Below are positions 27,180-36,221 of a stretch of 64,000 nt of DNA, piece by piece. Below the pieces are notes generated by a model that ran no database searches, was not told where the DNA came from, and saw only the letters and a list, made by a program, of their open reading frames with translations. The stretch covers positions 1,728,001-1,792,000 of the forward strand of contig OY969807.1 of NCBI GenBank assembly GCA_963703285.1. The letters are read 5' to 3'. The first letter of the stretch is position 1; each line of letters begins with the position of its first letter. The position numbers and the translations under genes were made by a program. The DNA is from an uncultured Nitrososphaerota archaeon (GTDB lineage: Archaea > Thermoproteota > Nitrososphaeria > Nitrososphaerales > Gagatemarchaeaceae).

Positions 27180-27878
27180 ATGAAGGTTGCGGTTCTGTGG
27201 AGCGGAGGCAAGGACTCGGCTTACTCCGCGTTCCTCGCAAAACAGACTGACCATCTTGTATGCCTTGTTACGATATTCCCGTCGGCCGAGGGGTCGTGGA
27301 TGTTTCACTACCCAGCGGTCCAATGGACGAAATTACAGGCCCAGTCGGCACGCCTGCCACAGGTGATTGTTCCCACAGAAGGAGTCAAAGAGGAGGAACT
27401 GAGCGACCTTTCCCGGGGTCTTCAGACGGCCAAGGACGAATACGGGATTGAAGGCGTCTACACCGGGGCGCTGGCGAGCGTCTACCAAAAATCACGCGTC
27501 GACAGTATATGCTCGGACCTCGGATTGCAGAGCTTGTCCCCGCTATGGGGCATCGACCCTCGCGTTCACCTCACGAATATAATCAATCAGGGGTTCGATG
27601 TCATAATCACCGGGGTCGCCGCGCTCGGCCTGGATGAGAGCTGGCTGGGCAGGAGGCTGGACATGGGGATGGTCAAGGAGCTCGTCAATCTCCAGAGGAG
27701 ACACGGCATGCACGCGGCCCTCGAGGGCGGCGAGGGGGAGACCTTCGTGCTCGACTGCCCACTCTTCACCGAGCGGATTGAGATAGCTTCGGCCCGGAAG
27801 CACTGGGACGGGATGGCAGGCTACCTGGAGATACTCGAGGCCGGGCTCGTGCCGAAGGCGGCCGTGGACAAGGGATAA
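27180..27878 (+). CDS. dph6: diphthine--ammonia ligase
   Basis: SGGKDS, GALASVYQ, EGGEGETFVLDCPLF. Confidence 0.93.
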   Translation: MKVAVLWSGGKDSAYSAFLAKQTDHLVCLVTIFPSAEGSWMFHYPAVQWTKLQAQSARLPQVIVPTEGVKEEELSDLSRGLQTAKDEYGIEGVYTGALASVYQKSRVDSICSDLGLQSLSPLWGIDPRVHLTNIINQGFDVIITGVAALGLDESWLGRRLDMGMVKELVNLQRRHGMHAALEGGEGETFVLDCPLFTERIEIASARKHWDGMAGYLEILEAGLVPKAAVDKG

Positions 27879-27902
27879 ACACCACCACTCCTAGAGTCGT
27901 CC

Positions 27903-27968
27903 GGTCTAGATGACAGATCGGAAGAGCCGTCCGAGTACTACGATGAAGAAATCCGATGCGGATAGACC
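27903..27968 (+). ncRNA. candidate box C/D guide sRNA
   Basis: Terminal stem GGTCTA/TAGACC; C-like TAGATGA, D' CCGA, C'-like CGATGA, D-like CGGA; D' guide GGAAGAGCCG complementary to conserved LSU rRNA CGGCUCUUCC. Confidence 0.65.
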
Positions 27969-27978
27969 ACGAACGAGC

Positions 27979-28389
27979 TCAGCCGGAGCCCTTCACTCGC
28001 ATTATCTTGTTCTTCCCTAGCACGGTCCAGACCTCCACTTCGGCGCCCGGCACCAACTTCCCCTGAAGCTCTGGCTCCGTCGGGGTCGGGCTCTCCGTCA
28101 CCTCGAAGGTCGCAAGGTCCATCAACTGGACGCTGGTCGGGGTTGTGGAGACTATCTGGGCGGACCTCTTGTCTATCATGGGAACCTCGATGTGCGTGTC
28201 GACCGTGCCGATTATGGTCTTCTTGGAGCCTGTGAAGACGGAGATGGCGGTCAACCTGACCTTGGCGCTACCGTGCTTCCCCGGCTTGCTCTTCTCGACC
28301 TCAACGGTCTTACAGGGCTCGCCGTCGATTATGATGTAGCTCCCTTCCTTCAAACTACCGAGGTCTGCTGGCCTACTCAACCCAGCCAA
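27979..28389 (-). CDS. eif5a: translation factor aIF5A
   Basis: KSKPGKHGSAK hypusine motif. Confidence 0.98.
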   Translation of the reverse strand: MAGLSRPADLGSLKEGSYIIIDGEPCKTVEVEKSKPGKHGSAKVRLTAISVFTGSKKTIIGTVDTHIEVPMIDKRSAQIVSTTPTSVQLMDLATFEVTESPTPTEPELQGKLVPGAEVEVWTVLGKNKIMRVKGSG

Positions 28390-28491
28390 CGAGTTTTCAT
28401 TTCTCAGTAATTAAGCCTTGAACCTAAGGATCCGTGTCTCCGGGCGACAAATCCTTATCAGAAAGAACCGTCTCCATTTCTCTGACCTGGG

Positions 28492-28992
28492 ATGCAGTCT
28501 GGGGAGAGTTACCTGGGAGGTTTCTCGCATCCGGTAACGGACTACTACATCACCGACAAGAGGATATTCTCCGTCTTGAACCGAACTCGGCTTGCCTTCG
28601 CGTGCGGGTTCTTTGGTGGTACCGGGGTGTGGATAGCGCTAGTTGTTTTGATCGGCCTTGTTCCTTTCGTAAACCTTTATGCTGTGATACTCATCGTATA
28701 CGGCATCGTAACAATGAGTATCATGTACGGAAAGCCGATGCCTCGAGGCGCGGAGCGCAGGCCCTTCGACGAAGTTGTGCAGAGGCACAAGGTCTTCGAA
28801 TTGGGATGGAGCCACGCTAACACGATTAATCTCATTGATTCGACGACGCATTGGTACAAGTATAATCTACCATCCGTCTCGATTAAGGAAGCCACGGGTA
28901 GGGAACGGAAGTTCGTCGTCCTGAAACAGGAATGGCCGTCGGTAAGGCAGGTCGTTGGGAGCGTAACACCGTCGGGCGTGTCACCCCACTAG
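28492..28992 (+). CDS. hypothetical membrane protein
   Basis: YYITDKRI followed by two TM segments; lower-GC codon usage. Confidence 0.55.
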   Translation: MQSGESYLGGFSHPVTDYYITDKRIFSVLNRTRLAFACGFFGGTGVWIALVVLIGLVPFVNLYAVILIVYGIVTMSIMYGKPMPRGAERRPFDEVVQRHKVFELGWSHANTINLIDSTTHWYKYNLPSVSIKEATGRERKFVVLKQEWPSVRQVVGSVTPSGVSPH

Positions 28993-29269
28993 TCGAACTG
29001 ATTGGCGAGCAAACGACGAACTAGGGTATCGGGTGGGGCCTAAATGACGAGCAAGCTTGTCTCTCATCGCGATTCGTGTGCATCACCCTATAGCGTGCAG
29101 AAGATTCCGTCACCGAATCGTATATTATCCGAGGGCGCGAAGGTTTTAGTATCGGTCAATGCCAAACCATGTCCCGCTTCAGCCGTGAAGATGACCACCT
29201 AGAATGATGAGCGCTTCTTGAAGAGCACCTCCGGATTCGAAGACGCAATGTGACAGTGAACCTCAAGTT

Positions 29270-29761
29270 TTGAGCGAAAAGATTCACGTTCTCGACTCGA
29301 CGGCTTTCTTCAGGGGGATTCCCTTCCAGGGAGCAGGAAAGTACTACACAACCTACCACGTCATGGACGAGGTGGGGAGCAGAGGGATTGGCGCCCAGCT
29401 GATCCACTCCAGGGTCCAGGTTACCGAGCCTTCGAAGGAGTCGTTGGAGAAGGTCAGGCGCGTCTCCGCGAAGACGGGGGACCTGAAGTCTCTCTCCGAG
29501 GCCGACGCGTCGATAATAGCCGTGAGCCTGGATCTCGCCTCCGCAGGTCGAGACGTAACCTTGGTCACGGATGACTTCGCAGTAAGGAACGTCGCCGAGG
29601 TGCTCGGGGTCGGCCTCTCGGAGACAAACGTGAGGGGAGAATGGAAGCAGATCACCTGGATCACCTACTGCAAGGGCTGCGGGAAGCAGTACTCTGATCC
29701 GAAGGCGACCGTCTGCGACGTCTGCGGTACGAAGCTCTCGAGAAAGCCCAAGCCGTCCTGA
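29270..29761 (+). CDS. nob1: Nob1 PIN-domain endonuclease
   Basis: VLDSTAF, LSEAD, TDDFAVRNVA, C-terminal CKGC..CDVCG zinc ribbon. Confidence 0.95.
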   Translation: MSEKIHVLDSTAFFRGIPFQGAGKYYTTYHVMDEVGSRGIGAQLIHSRVQVTEPSKESLEKVRRVSAKTGDLKSLSEADASIIAVSLDLASAGRDVTLVTDDFAVRNVAEVLGVGLSETNVRGEWKQITWITYCKGCGKQYSDPKATVCDVCGTKLSRKPKPS

Positions 29762-29842
29762 CCTCTCAAGGGTTCTCCCGTCCGTCGCCAACGGCCCGAT
29801 TGCAATTTTAATAGGGCCTGTTCCGGTGGTTGCAATTCGAGT

Positions 29843-29937
29843 GGGCCGGTAGTTCAACCTGGTAGAACGCCCGCCTCGCACGCGGGAGAGAGCAAACGAG
29901 CTCCCCGTTGCCGGGGGTTCAAATCCCCCCCGGTCCA
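29843..29937 (+). tRNA. tRNA-Ala(CGC) with 21-nt intron at 45/46 (29889-29909)
   Basis: Cloverleaf with G3:U70; anticodon CGC 29877-29879; BHB CGGG/CCCG with bulges AGA and TTG; TATA TTTTAATA at 29806. Confidence 0.95.
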
Positions 29938-30024
29938 CTTCGTTTTCGCTCCTAAAGCTTCGGCTTCCGTTTATATCCTGATTGACCGCCAAATCCTCAG
30001 ACCTGCGGTCGGTGGTCTCCGTCT

Positions 30025-30831
30025 TTGATTGATTCGCCCGGGGAAAAGACGCGAGAGAGGGAATGGTACGTTCCCAGATTCGGGCCTCGAAGGTTCAGGC
30101 TGTTTGTCGGGATGACGCTCTACCCCTACACCGCGATGAACGTCAGCTATGCGGTGATTGGCTCGCTGCTCTCTCCCTCTCCTGTAAGCTGGGAAAGGGT
30201 CGGGGCGATTGCAGCTGTGTACCTCATCGCGGTCGGCATCTCTGCGCACGCACTAGACGCCATGGGGCCAAACAAACCGTGGGGGCAGCTCATGTCGAAC
30301 GGGCAGCTCTTGGTCCTCGCTCTCACCTCCTTCGTCGCTGCGGTGGCCATTGGACTCTACGCGATCACTGCAGCACCCTTGCTCTGGCTCGTCGGCCTCC
30401 CCGAGATTTTCTTCCTGTTTGCGTACAACCTGGAGCTCTTCGGCGGCTTCTTTCATTCCAACGGTTGGTTCTGTCTGAGCTGGGGGCTGCTCCCTGTGAT
30501 CGCGGGGTGTGTCATTCAGACGGATACCGCGGGCTTTCTCGCTGTGGTCGCCGGGACCTTTGGCTTCGCCTCCGCATGGGCAGAGATAGTCACTTCGAGG
30601 TCTTACAAGTCCATCAAGCGCGACCCATCTACAGCTCGCGCTCAACTCGCTCAGCGGTACGAGTCCACCCTGAAGGTTATCGTTGGAACCGTGGTCTCAC
30701 CAGCCACTGGCAGACGTTCGACTCTTGGAGTGCCAAGATTGGAGTGCGTCACGCCCGAGCCGACCGCCCTGGACCACACGCTCCTTCATGTGACACCCCG
30801 CAACGCCTTTATCGTCTGCTTCTCTCCTTGA
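30025..30831 (+). CDS. UbiA-like multi-pass membrane protein; C-terminus possibly disrupted
   Basis: PYT, SAHALD, AYNLELFGG..H, SWG..P; hydrophobic pattern lost after KVIVGTVV. Confidence 0.6.
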   Translation: MIDSPGEKTREREWYVPRFGPRRFRLFVGMTLYPYTAMNVSYAVIGSLLSPSPVSWERVGAIAAVYLIAVGISAHALDAMGPNKPWGQLMSNGQLLVLALTSFVAAVAIGLYAITAAPLLWLVGLPEIFFLFAYNLELFGGFFHSNGWFCLSWGLLPVIAGCVIQTDTAGFLAVVAGTFGFASAWAEIVTSRSYKSIKRDPSTARAQLAQRYESTLKVIVGTVVSPATGRRSTLGVPRLECVTPEPTALDHTLLHVTPRNAFIVCFSP

Positions 30832-30853
30832 GAAAGAGCGAGTCGAAAGCGCT

Positions 30854-32254
30854 TTGACTCTTGGTGGACTCGAAGAAAAGTTCGAAGGTTTGATTGCAGA
30901 TTCGATGTTGCGGGACCATGTGCCCGGGCTGAGCCTGGCAGTGGTCAAGGATGGGAAGGTTGTCTACGCCAGAGGCTTCGGAGCCAGAAACCTGAAGGCC
31001 AGCCTTCCGGCAACTCCAGAAACTCTGTACGGAATAGGTTCCTGTACAAAATCGTTCACGGCATTGGCCGTGATGCAGCTTCAGGAACAAGGAAAGCTGA
31101 ACGTAAACGACCCCGTCAGGAGGTACTTGCCCGAATTCAAAGTCGGTAGAGAGGAGAGTCCGATCACGATACACCATCTCTTGAGCCATTCCTCTGGCAT
31201 TCCTGACCTTGGTTCTGCAGATGTTGAAGTCAACAGGTTTCTCGAGGGCGATGAGAAGTGGGTGCCTCTTACCAGTTTTGATGACATGATGACTTTCGTC
31301 AACGGTGGGAAAGACATGGTGGCCGCTGAGCCCGGAAGCAAGTTCTTCTATCTGAATGAAGGCTATGCGCTACTTGGCAGGATAGTCGAGAAAATTGGCG
31401 GCATGCGCTATGAAGACTACGTCAGAGAGAGGATCCTGAAGCCTCTGAGGATGAGGAGGTCCGGCTTTCCTAGCAAAGACCTGGAGAAGGACTCCGACAT
31501 CGCGACGTCATACCTTGTGCAGAGAAAAGCGAACGCGTTTGTGGGCACTCCGTCGGCTTCTCCTCTTGGCAGCGTGGCCTATCCCGCAGGTGGCCTGGTG
31601 AGTTCCGTCGTGGAATTGGCGCACTACCTGACTGCCTACACGAGTGATGGAGTCTTCGAAGGCACAAGGATTCTGAGTTCTTCATCGCTGAAGGAGATGT
31701 GCAAGCCTCATATCGATACGGGATACTCGACATTTTTTGGAAAGAGATGGTATGGTTATGGGTGGCGTATAGACGACAACCTCTTCGGGCATGAATGCAT
31801 TGGTCACAGCGGCTCCGTCGTGGCTTCAGGCGCCGATTTGCGTTTCGTGCCAGACATGAACATCGGTGTTGCAGTCGCAAGCAACAATGGAATGGCAGAT
31901 TCGGTGTACATGATTGCCCCCGTTGTGTTGGCTCTGCTCATGGGCAAGGACCCTACGAAAGAGATTCCAACCTTTGAGATTGAGAGAAAGATGAGTATGC
32001 TGACGGGCGAGTACGAATCTTACAAAGGAATCGCGAAGGTGTCAGTGGTGAGGAAGGGCGGAATACTATTCGTGGAGTCGAAAGAAAAGCTGTCTGAACA
32101 GAGCCTTGCCTTGATACCTGAAAGCGACAGACTCGAGACCTTAAAGTTCTACACCCTTGCCGGAGGGATAAGGATGCCAGCGGAGTTCGCCGTAGACTCC
32201 TCGGGAAAGATAGACCTCTACACAGAAAGAAACCGATTTCACAAAATCAAGTAG
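30854..32254 (+). CDS. beta-lactamase class C-like serine hydrolase (Pab87-like peptidase)
   Basis: SCTK, LLSHSSG, YLN, HSG motifs plus C-terminal beta domain. Confidence 0.9.
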   Translation: MTLGGLEEKFEGLIADSMLRDHVPGLSLAVVKDGKVVYARGFGARNLKASLPATPETLYGIGSCTKSFTALAVMQLQEQGKLNVNDPVRRYLPEFKVGREESPITIHHLLSHSSGIPDLGSADVEVNRFLEGDEKWVPLTSFDDMMTFVNGGKDMVAAEPGSKFFYLNEGYALLGRIVEKIGGMRYEDYVRERILKPLRMRRSGFPSKDLEKDSDIATSYLVQRKANAFVGTPSASPLGSVAYPAGGLVSSVVELAHYLTAYTSDGVFEGTRILSSSSLKEMCKPHIDTGYSTFFGKRWYGYGWRIDDNLFGHECIGHSGSVVASGADLRFVPDMNIGVAVASNNGMADSVYMIAPVVLALLMGKDPTKEIPTFEIERKMSMLTGEYESYKGIAKVSVVRKGGILFVESKEKLSEQSLALIPESDRLETLKFYTLAGGIRMPAEFAVDSSGKIDLYTERNRFHKIK

Positions 32255-32444
32255 TTCTACACCATGCGGGGGTATGTCTTCGTGAGCTCGAAGGGGCAAA
32301 CCGTATCCCCCTCCATGACCACTACTTGCAAGCCGGATACAATCAAGGAGGAGGGCACGAAGAGGAGGATTGCAGAAGCGGCCTACGAAGGCGAATATGT
32401 CAGCATGGGCCGAGCCCCGCCGGGATTCATCTCAAATGCCCCCG

Positions 32445-32757
32445 TTACTTCTTGCCTTCGAACCCCGCTATGGCGGCGGGAAGCGTGTCGAGCACAACCC
32501 CCACCCCACAAACGTGGAGGTTCAGGACCACGGCACCGAGAACTTCATCCCCTTGTCGCGCCCGCTTTCCGCGCCATGGAGGCATGGTACTTCACGCCCC
32601 TAAGATTGCGGTTCGTGGTCTAGATTCCGATGTTGATCAGTTGCCTAGTCTTCGCATCTAGTCCCTTCACCGACCGCTGAGCCTCAAGGAGCTCGAGGTA
32701 CTTCGAAGCTAATTCTGGAAACTCCTTGTTGAACCGATCCTGTGAGTACTCGGCCAT
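32445..32757 (-). pseudogene. carboxymuconolactone decarboxylase (CMD/AhpD) family pseudogene
   Basis: LDAKTRQLINIGI*TTNRNLRGVKYHASMARKAGATR / DEVLGAVVLNLHVCG / VVLDTLPAAIAGF; one TAG and two frameshifts. Confidence 0.8.
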
Positions 32758-32909
32758 GGGGCGCGACGCAGGTTGTCTTCCCATAAGCTTGTCGCGTTTG
32801 GCAAGATTGTAGCATAATTCCTGATACGTCCATTCCTGTATGGTCAGGTCGAAAGGGCCGTGAGTCACGGCGGTTTCCTGAGAAAAACGTTCATGGGAAA
32901 GGGAGAGGC

Positions 32910-33082
32910 GCATCGTCCCGTCCATCGTTCCGACGCTCGGTATCTGAATCAAGTGGTCCATCACCCAGAAGCTGTCGAAACCACCCTCCTCGACACCGCG
33001 CGCCCTGGCGCTCAGCGTGTCGAAGACACCCCCTTCCCTCCCGTCGAAGGTGTAGTTCGGATGCTGTAACCCCGAATTTCAT
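32910..33082 (-). pseudogene. N-terminal fragment of LLM-class F420-dependent oxidoreductase
   Basis: MKFG/LQHPNYTFDG..GFDSFWVMDHLIQIPSVG after correcting one extra G; truncated at about 57 codons. Confidence 0.75.
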
Positions 33083-33136
33083 GCGCGGGCGCGCAGGTCA
33101 CTTTCTATAAGAGAGTGAAGATCGCCGAAGGTACCT

Positions 33137-33925
33137 ATGCCGATTCTGAGCGGAGTCACGGCCCTCGTGACAGGCGGTTCGAGCGGGCTCGGACGGGCGA
33201 TGTCGGACGCTCTGCTCCGCGCCGGCGCAGAGGTCGTTGTCACCGCCAGAGAGACCCCAAAGCTGGCAGGCGCATGCGAAGCTTGGCGCGACGAGGGCCT
33301 GAAGGTTCATCGCGTCGTGATGGATGTCAGACAACCCCAGTCCGTCGAGAGCGCTGTGAAGTGGGTCGAGGAGAACCTGCACAGGCTAGACATCCTCGTC
33401 AACAACGCCGGGATAGGGATGAGAACCGTCAACATCGAGTTCTTTACCAAGCCGAAGCCATTCTTCGAGGTACCTTTGGAGAAGTTTGAGGACCTCATCA
33501 GCACGAACCTTACGGGCTACTTCCTAGTCTCAAGCCGCTTCATGCGCATCTTCCTGAAGCAAGGACGAGGGCGCTTCGTCAACGTTTCGGTGAACCGCGA
33601 AACGATGGCAAGGAGGGGTTTTGTTCCGTATGGGCCGTCCCGGGCGGCATCGGAGGCGCTGAGCTACGTAATGGCGGAGGACCTGAGGCAGTACGGAATA
33701 ACCGTCAACATACTTTTGCCCGGAGGGAGCACTCTAACTGGCATGATTCCGGAACACGAGCGCACCCACGCAGGTCTGCTGAAGCCCGAGGTCATGGGAC
33801 CTCCAATCGTGTTTCTGGCGTCTGAGGAGGCGGAGGGGCTGACGGGACAGCGAATCGTTGCCACAGAGTTTGACCGCTGGCTCTCCACCTTTCGCGCTTC
33901 GCGCCCCAAAGAGTGGTTCCTCTGA
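33137..33925 (+). CDS. short-chain dehydrogenase/reductase
   Basis: TGGSSGLG, LVNNAG, YGPSR, VNILLPG. Confidence 0.92.
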   Translation: MPILSGVTALVTGGSSGLGRAMSDALLRAGAEVVVTARETPKLAGACEAWRDEGLKVHRVVMDVRQPQSVESAVKWVEENLHRLDILVNNAGIGMRTVNIEFFTKPKPFFEVPLEKFEDLISTNLTGYFLVSSRFMRIFLKQGRGRFVNVSVNRETMARRGFVPYGPSRAASEALSYVMAEDLRQYGITVNILLPGGSTLTGMIPEHERTHAGLLKPEVMGPPIVFLASEEAEGLTGQRIVATEFDRWLSTFRASRPKEWFL

Positions 33926-34119
33926 ACTCTTCGTAGGAACGAAATCGATGACAGAGCGAGGAGCCGCCAATTGCGCTTGCCAACCCCATCTACGGTTCCA
34001 CCCAACAACGCCAACGGCTGACTGTCTGTGGTACGCTGATTCACAAGACCTATATCACCAATCGAATGCAAAACGTCGCCTGCTTGGAACTTGGCGGGTC
34101 ATAATGAGGGTCGAACCTC

Positions 34120-34407
34120 GTGAAGATAGGAACCGCGTCCACACGTAGGGCCATCGACAGGTGGGAGAGCAGAGCGAGGGCCGAGACGGCCAAATTTCGG
34201 TCCAAGGGGCTGGCATCGGCGGCCCGGATCATCGTATCCCGGAGGCGAGGGAGGATTCTACTCGTCTCGCTGCTTATTGTCACCCTTTCGCTGAACTTTG
34301 CTGCGGTCGAGTTGCTCGTGCTGATGGTGACGGGCTTCCTCATTGCGAAGCTCCGTTGCTATCGGTTCATCAATTCCGTGGTGAAGCTCCTGCCGTTCAC
34401 TAGATAG
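34120..34407 (+). CDS. possible small membrane protein
   Basis: Hydrophobic C-terminal half; GTG start. Confidence 0.3.
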   Translation: MKIGTASTRRAIDRWESRARAETAKFRSKGLASAARIIVSRRRGRILLVSLLIVTLSLNFAAVELLVLMVTGFLIAKLRCYRFINSVVKLLPFTR

Positions 34408-34499
34408 ATAGGGAGCATCAACGTTCGGAGAAGAAAGGTCTTACCTGGAGGGGCGAAGCACGATCTTTACAGCCGCAGTCTCCCAATGCGCCCGGTAGC

Positions 34500-36206
34500 C
34501 TAGATGGCCCTCAGGGCAGGGGCTTGCAGCCTTTCGTGCTCAGCGCCATACGTAGCCGCCTTCTCCAGGTCCAGTCCTCCCTTTCTGCATACTGCGGAGA
34601 CGGCCTCCAGCATCACTCTCCCACCCAGAGCGATGAGTGCTGCCGTTCCAACTCTTGTCAGAAAGCTACCGCTGCTGTCCTTCACCGCATCCCTCGCCGC
34701 AACCTTGGCGAGATGGCGGTACGAGGCATGATAGACCGCCAATTGGGATGTGTCCATCATCTTCGGGCCGAATTTCCTGCTCTTCATCAGTCCGAGGGGA
34801 ACGTTCTGCATGGGCGTGACGGTGAACTCGAAGGGCCTGCCATCATCTAGCGTAGAGTTGCTCAGCCAGTTTATCAGGGCGACGGTCTCCCAGTTGTCCT
34901 CCGGCGTCTCGCCGGACTGTCCCACCTGGACCGTGAAGGCTGGCCTCCAGTAGTACTTGTTCATCGCATAGACACCCTGCCAGACTATCTCAGGCCAGGA
35001 ACCGTCAGGACCCATCCTTAGTGGAAGCGTCTTGTTCGGCATGTGAAGCCTCGCGAGCCTCTCGCTCCCAGTCTCGATCCCCACCTGCAGCCCTATCCAG
35101 TTGGACGGGCCCGCTCTGGCGATTATCGATAACTTCCTCACGAGGTCAGGGTAGGCCGCGGGTATGGAAATCCTCCCGTGGGTCGGGTTAGTTTGTGAAA
35201 CCCCCTTGACCGACATCACAGCCTCGAAGAGGCCAGTCAGGGCTTCGAAGTTGGGCTCGAATCTCCTGCCGTGCTGATAGGCGAAGACCTCGTCGCTGTG
35301 AAGCCAGGCGTTGGCGAAGCCTCCCTGCTTCACGTTCACCTCGATCTCCTTCTGAATTTTCTCGTAGGGGTAGTACCTGAGAGGTCTCAGAGTCACCTCG
35401 CAGAAGTCGCAGGCTATCCCACACCCCCGCATTATCTCGACCATCGACTTCGTCGTGGGCCTCCTTATCTCGGGGATTTCGTCGAGCGTCGGGGTCTGCT
35501 TGGAGAACCTCGCCCTGGTCAGGAACTTCCCGTGCTCGTTCCATGACTTGTGGAAGCTCGAGTCGAACGTCTGGAAACCAGAGAAGAGTTCCATCCCATG
35601 ACCATCCTTTGGCGACCCCCTGGCCATCTCCTCGAAGAGGTCGCATGCGATGTCATCAGCCTCCCCCTGGAAGGCGTAGTCCACACCCAGCCTGTCCAGC
35701 TCATCGGGCAGGACCGTGAACTCCCAGACTCCTGAGCCGCCTATGACAACCTTCGCCTTGGACCCGACCCTCGCTCTCGCCCTGTTTATCCTGAACATCA
35801 GTTCCTCGAACTCCCTCTTAGCCCAAGCCGTGTAGTCAGAGAAGTGGAAGAGCGTGGTGTACGACATGGTCAGGGGCCCGAGGCCAAGCGGGTCCATCGT
35901 GCTGACGGCGATGACCTCGGTTTCAGGTGTGATGAATCTCTCAATGTAGTTCTCGTGGGGCACTGCCACCTCTGTCTCTGAGAACTCTCTGAGCAAGGCG
36001 GCCTCCAGCTTCCTGACCGAATAGGGTGCGATGGCCGACTGGCCATCCTGAAGTGCAGGAGGGGGCTTCCCCTTCAAGAAGGAGTAGATGGGTCTCGGTA
36101 TCGCGATTGCAGGTGCGCAGGGCAGGAAGTCTAGCAGCGGGAAGTTCCTGTACTCGTGCGTCAGCGTCGTATCCGGCACTAGAACGTATCTCGGTCTCGT
36201 CGGCAA
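34500..36206 (-). CDS. B12-binding radical SAM protein, GDGT ring synthase (Grs)-like
   Basis: D.TL..EY..F, APYSVRKLEAAL, STMDPLGLGP, GGSGVW, EIMRGCGIACDFC, QVGIETGS.RL..HMPNK..P. Confidence 0.75.
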   Translation of the reverse strand: MPTRPRYVLVPDTTLTHEYRNFPLLDFLPCAPAIAIPRPIYSFLKGKPPPALQDGQSAIAPYSVRKLEAALLREFSETEVAVPHENYIERFITPETEVIAVSTMDPLGLGPLTMSYTTLFHFSDYTAWAKREFEELMFRINRARARVGSKAKVVIGGSGVWEFTVLPDELDRLGVDYAFQGEADDIACDLFEEMARGSPKDGHGMELFSGFQTFDSSFHKSWNEHGKFLTRARFSKQTPTLDEIPEIRRPTTKSMVEIMRGCGIACDFCEVTLRPLRYYPYEKIQKEIEVNVKQGGFANAWLHSDEVFAYQHGRRFEPNFEALTGLFEAVMSVKGVSQTNPTHGRISIPAAYPDLVRKLSIIARAGPSNWIGLQVGIETGSERLARLHMPNKTLPLRMGPDGSWPEIVWQGVYAMNKYYWRPAFTVQVGQSGETPEDNWETVALINWLSNSTLDDGRPFEFTVTPMQNVPLGLMKSRKFGPKMMDTSQLAVYHASYRHLAKVAARDAVKDSSGSFLTRVGTAALIALGGRVMLEAVSAVCRKGGLDLEKAATYGAEHERLQAPALRAI

Positions 36207-36221
36207 GCGTCTGATCGCCCT

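Noticed and set aside
27915-27927. AGATCGGAAGAGC, identical to the Illumina adapter prefix
   Set aside because: Continues CGTCC, matching neither adapter continuation (ACACG, GTCGT), and sits inside a coherent C/D architecture; a read-level check is still advisable
29169-29265. Perfect C box ATGATGA upstream of nob1
   Set aside because: No convincing D box spacing or terminal stem found
32620-32964. 114-aa ORF as a real gene
   Set aside because: Chance in-frame join of the LLM fragment, spacer DNA and the CMD pseudogene 5' half
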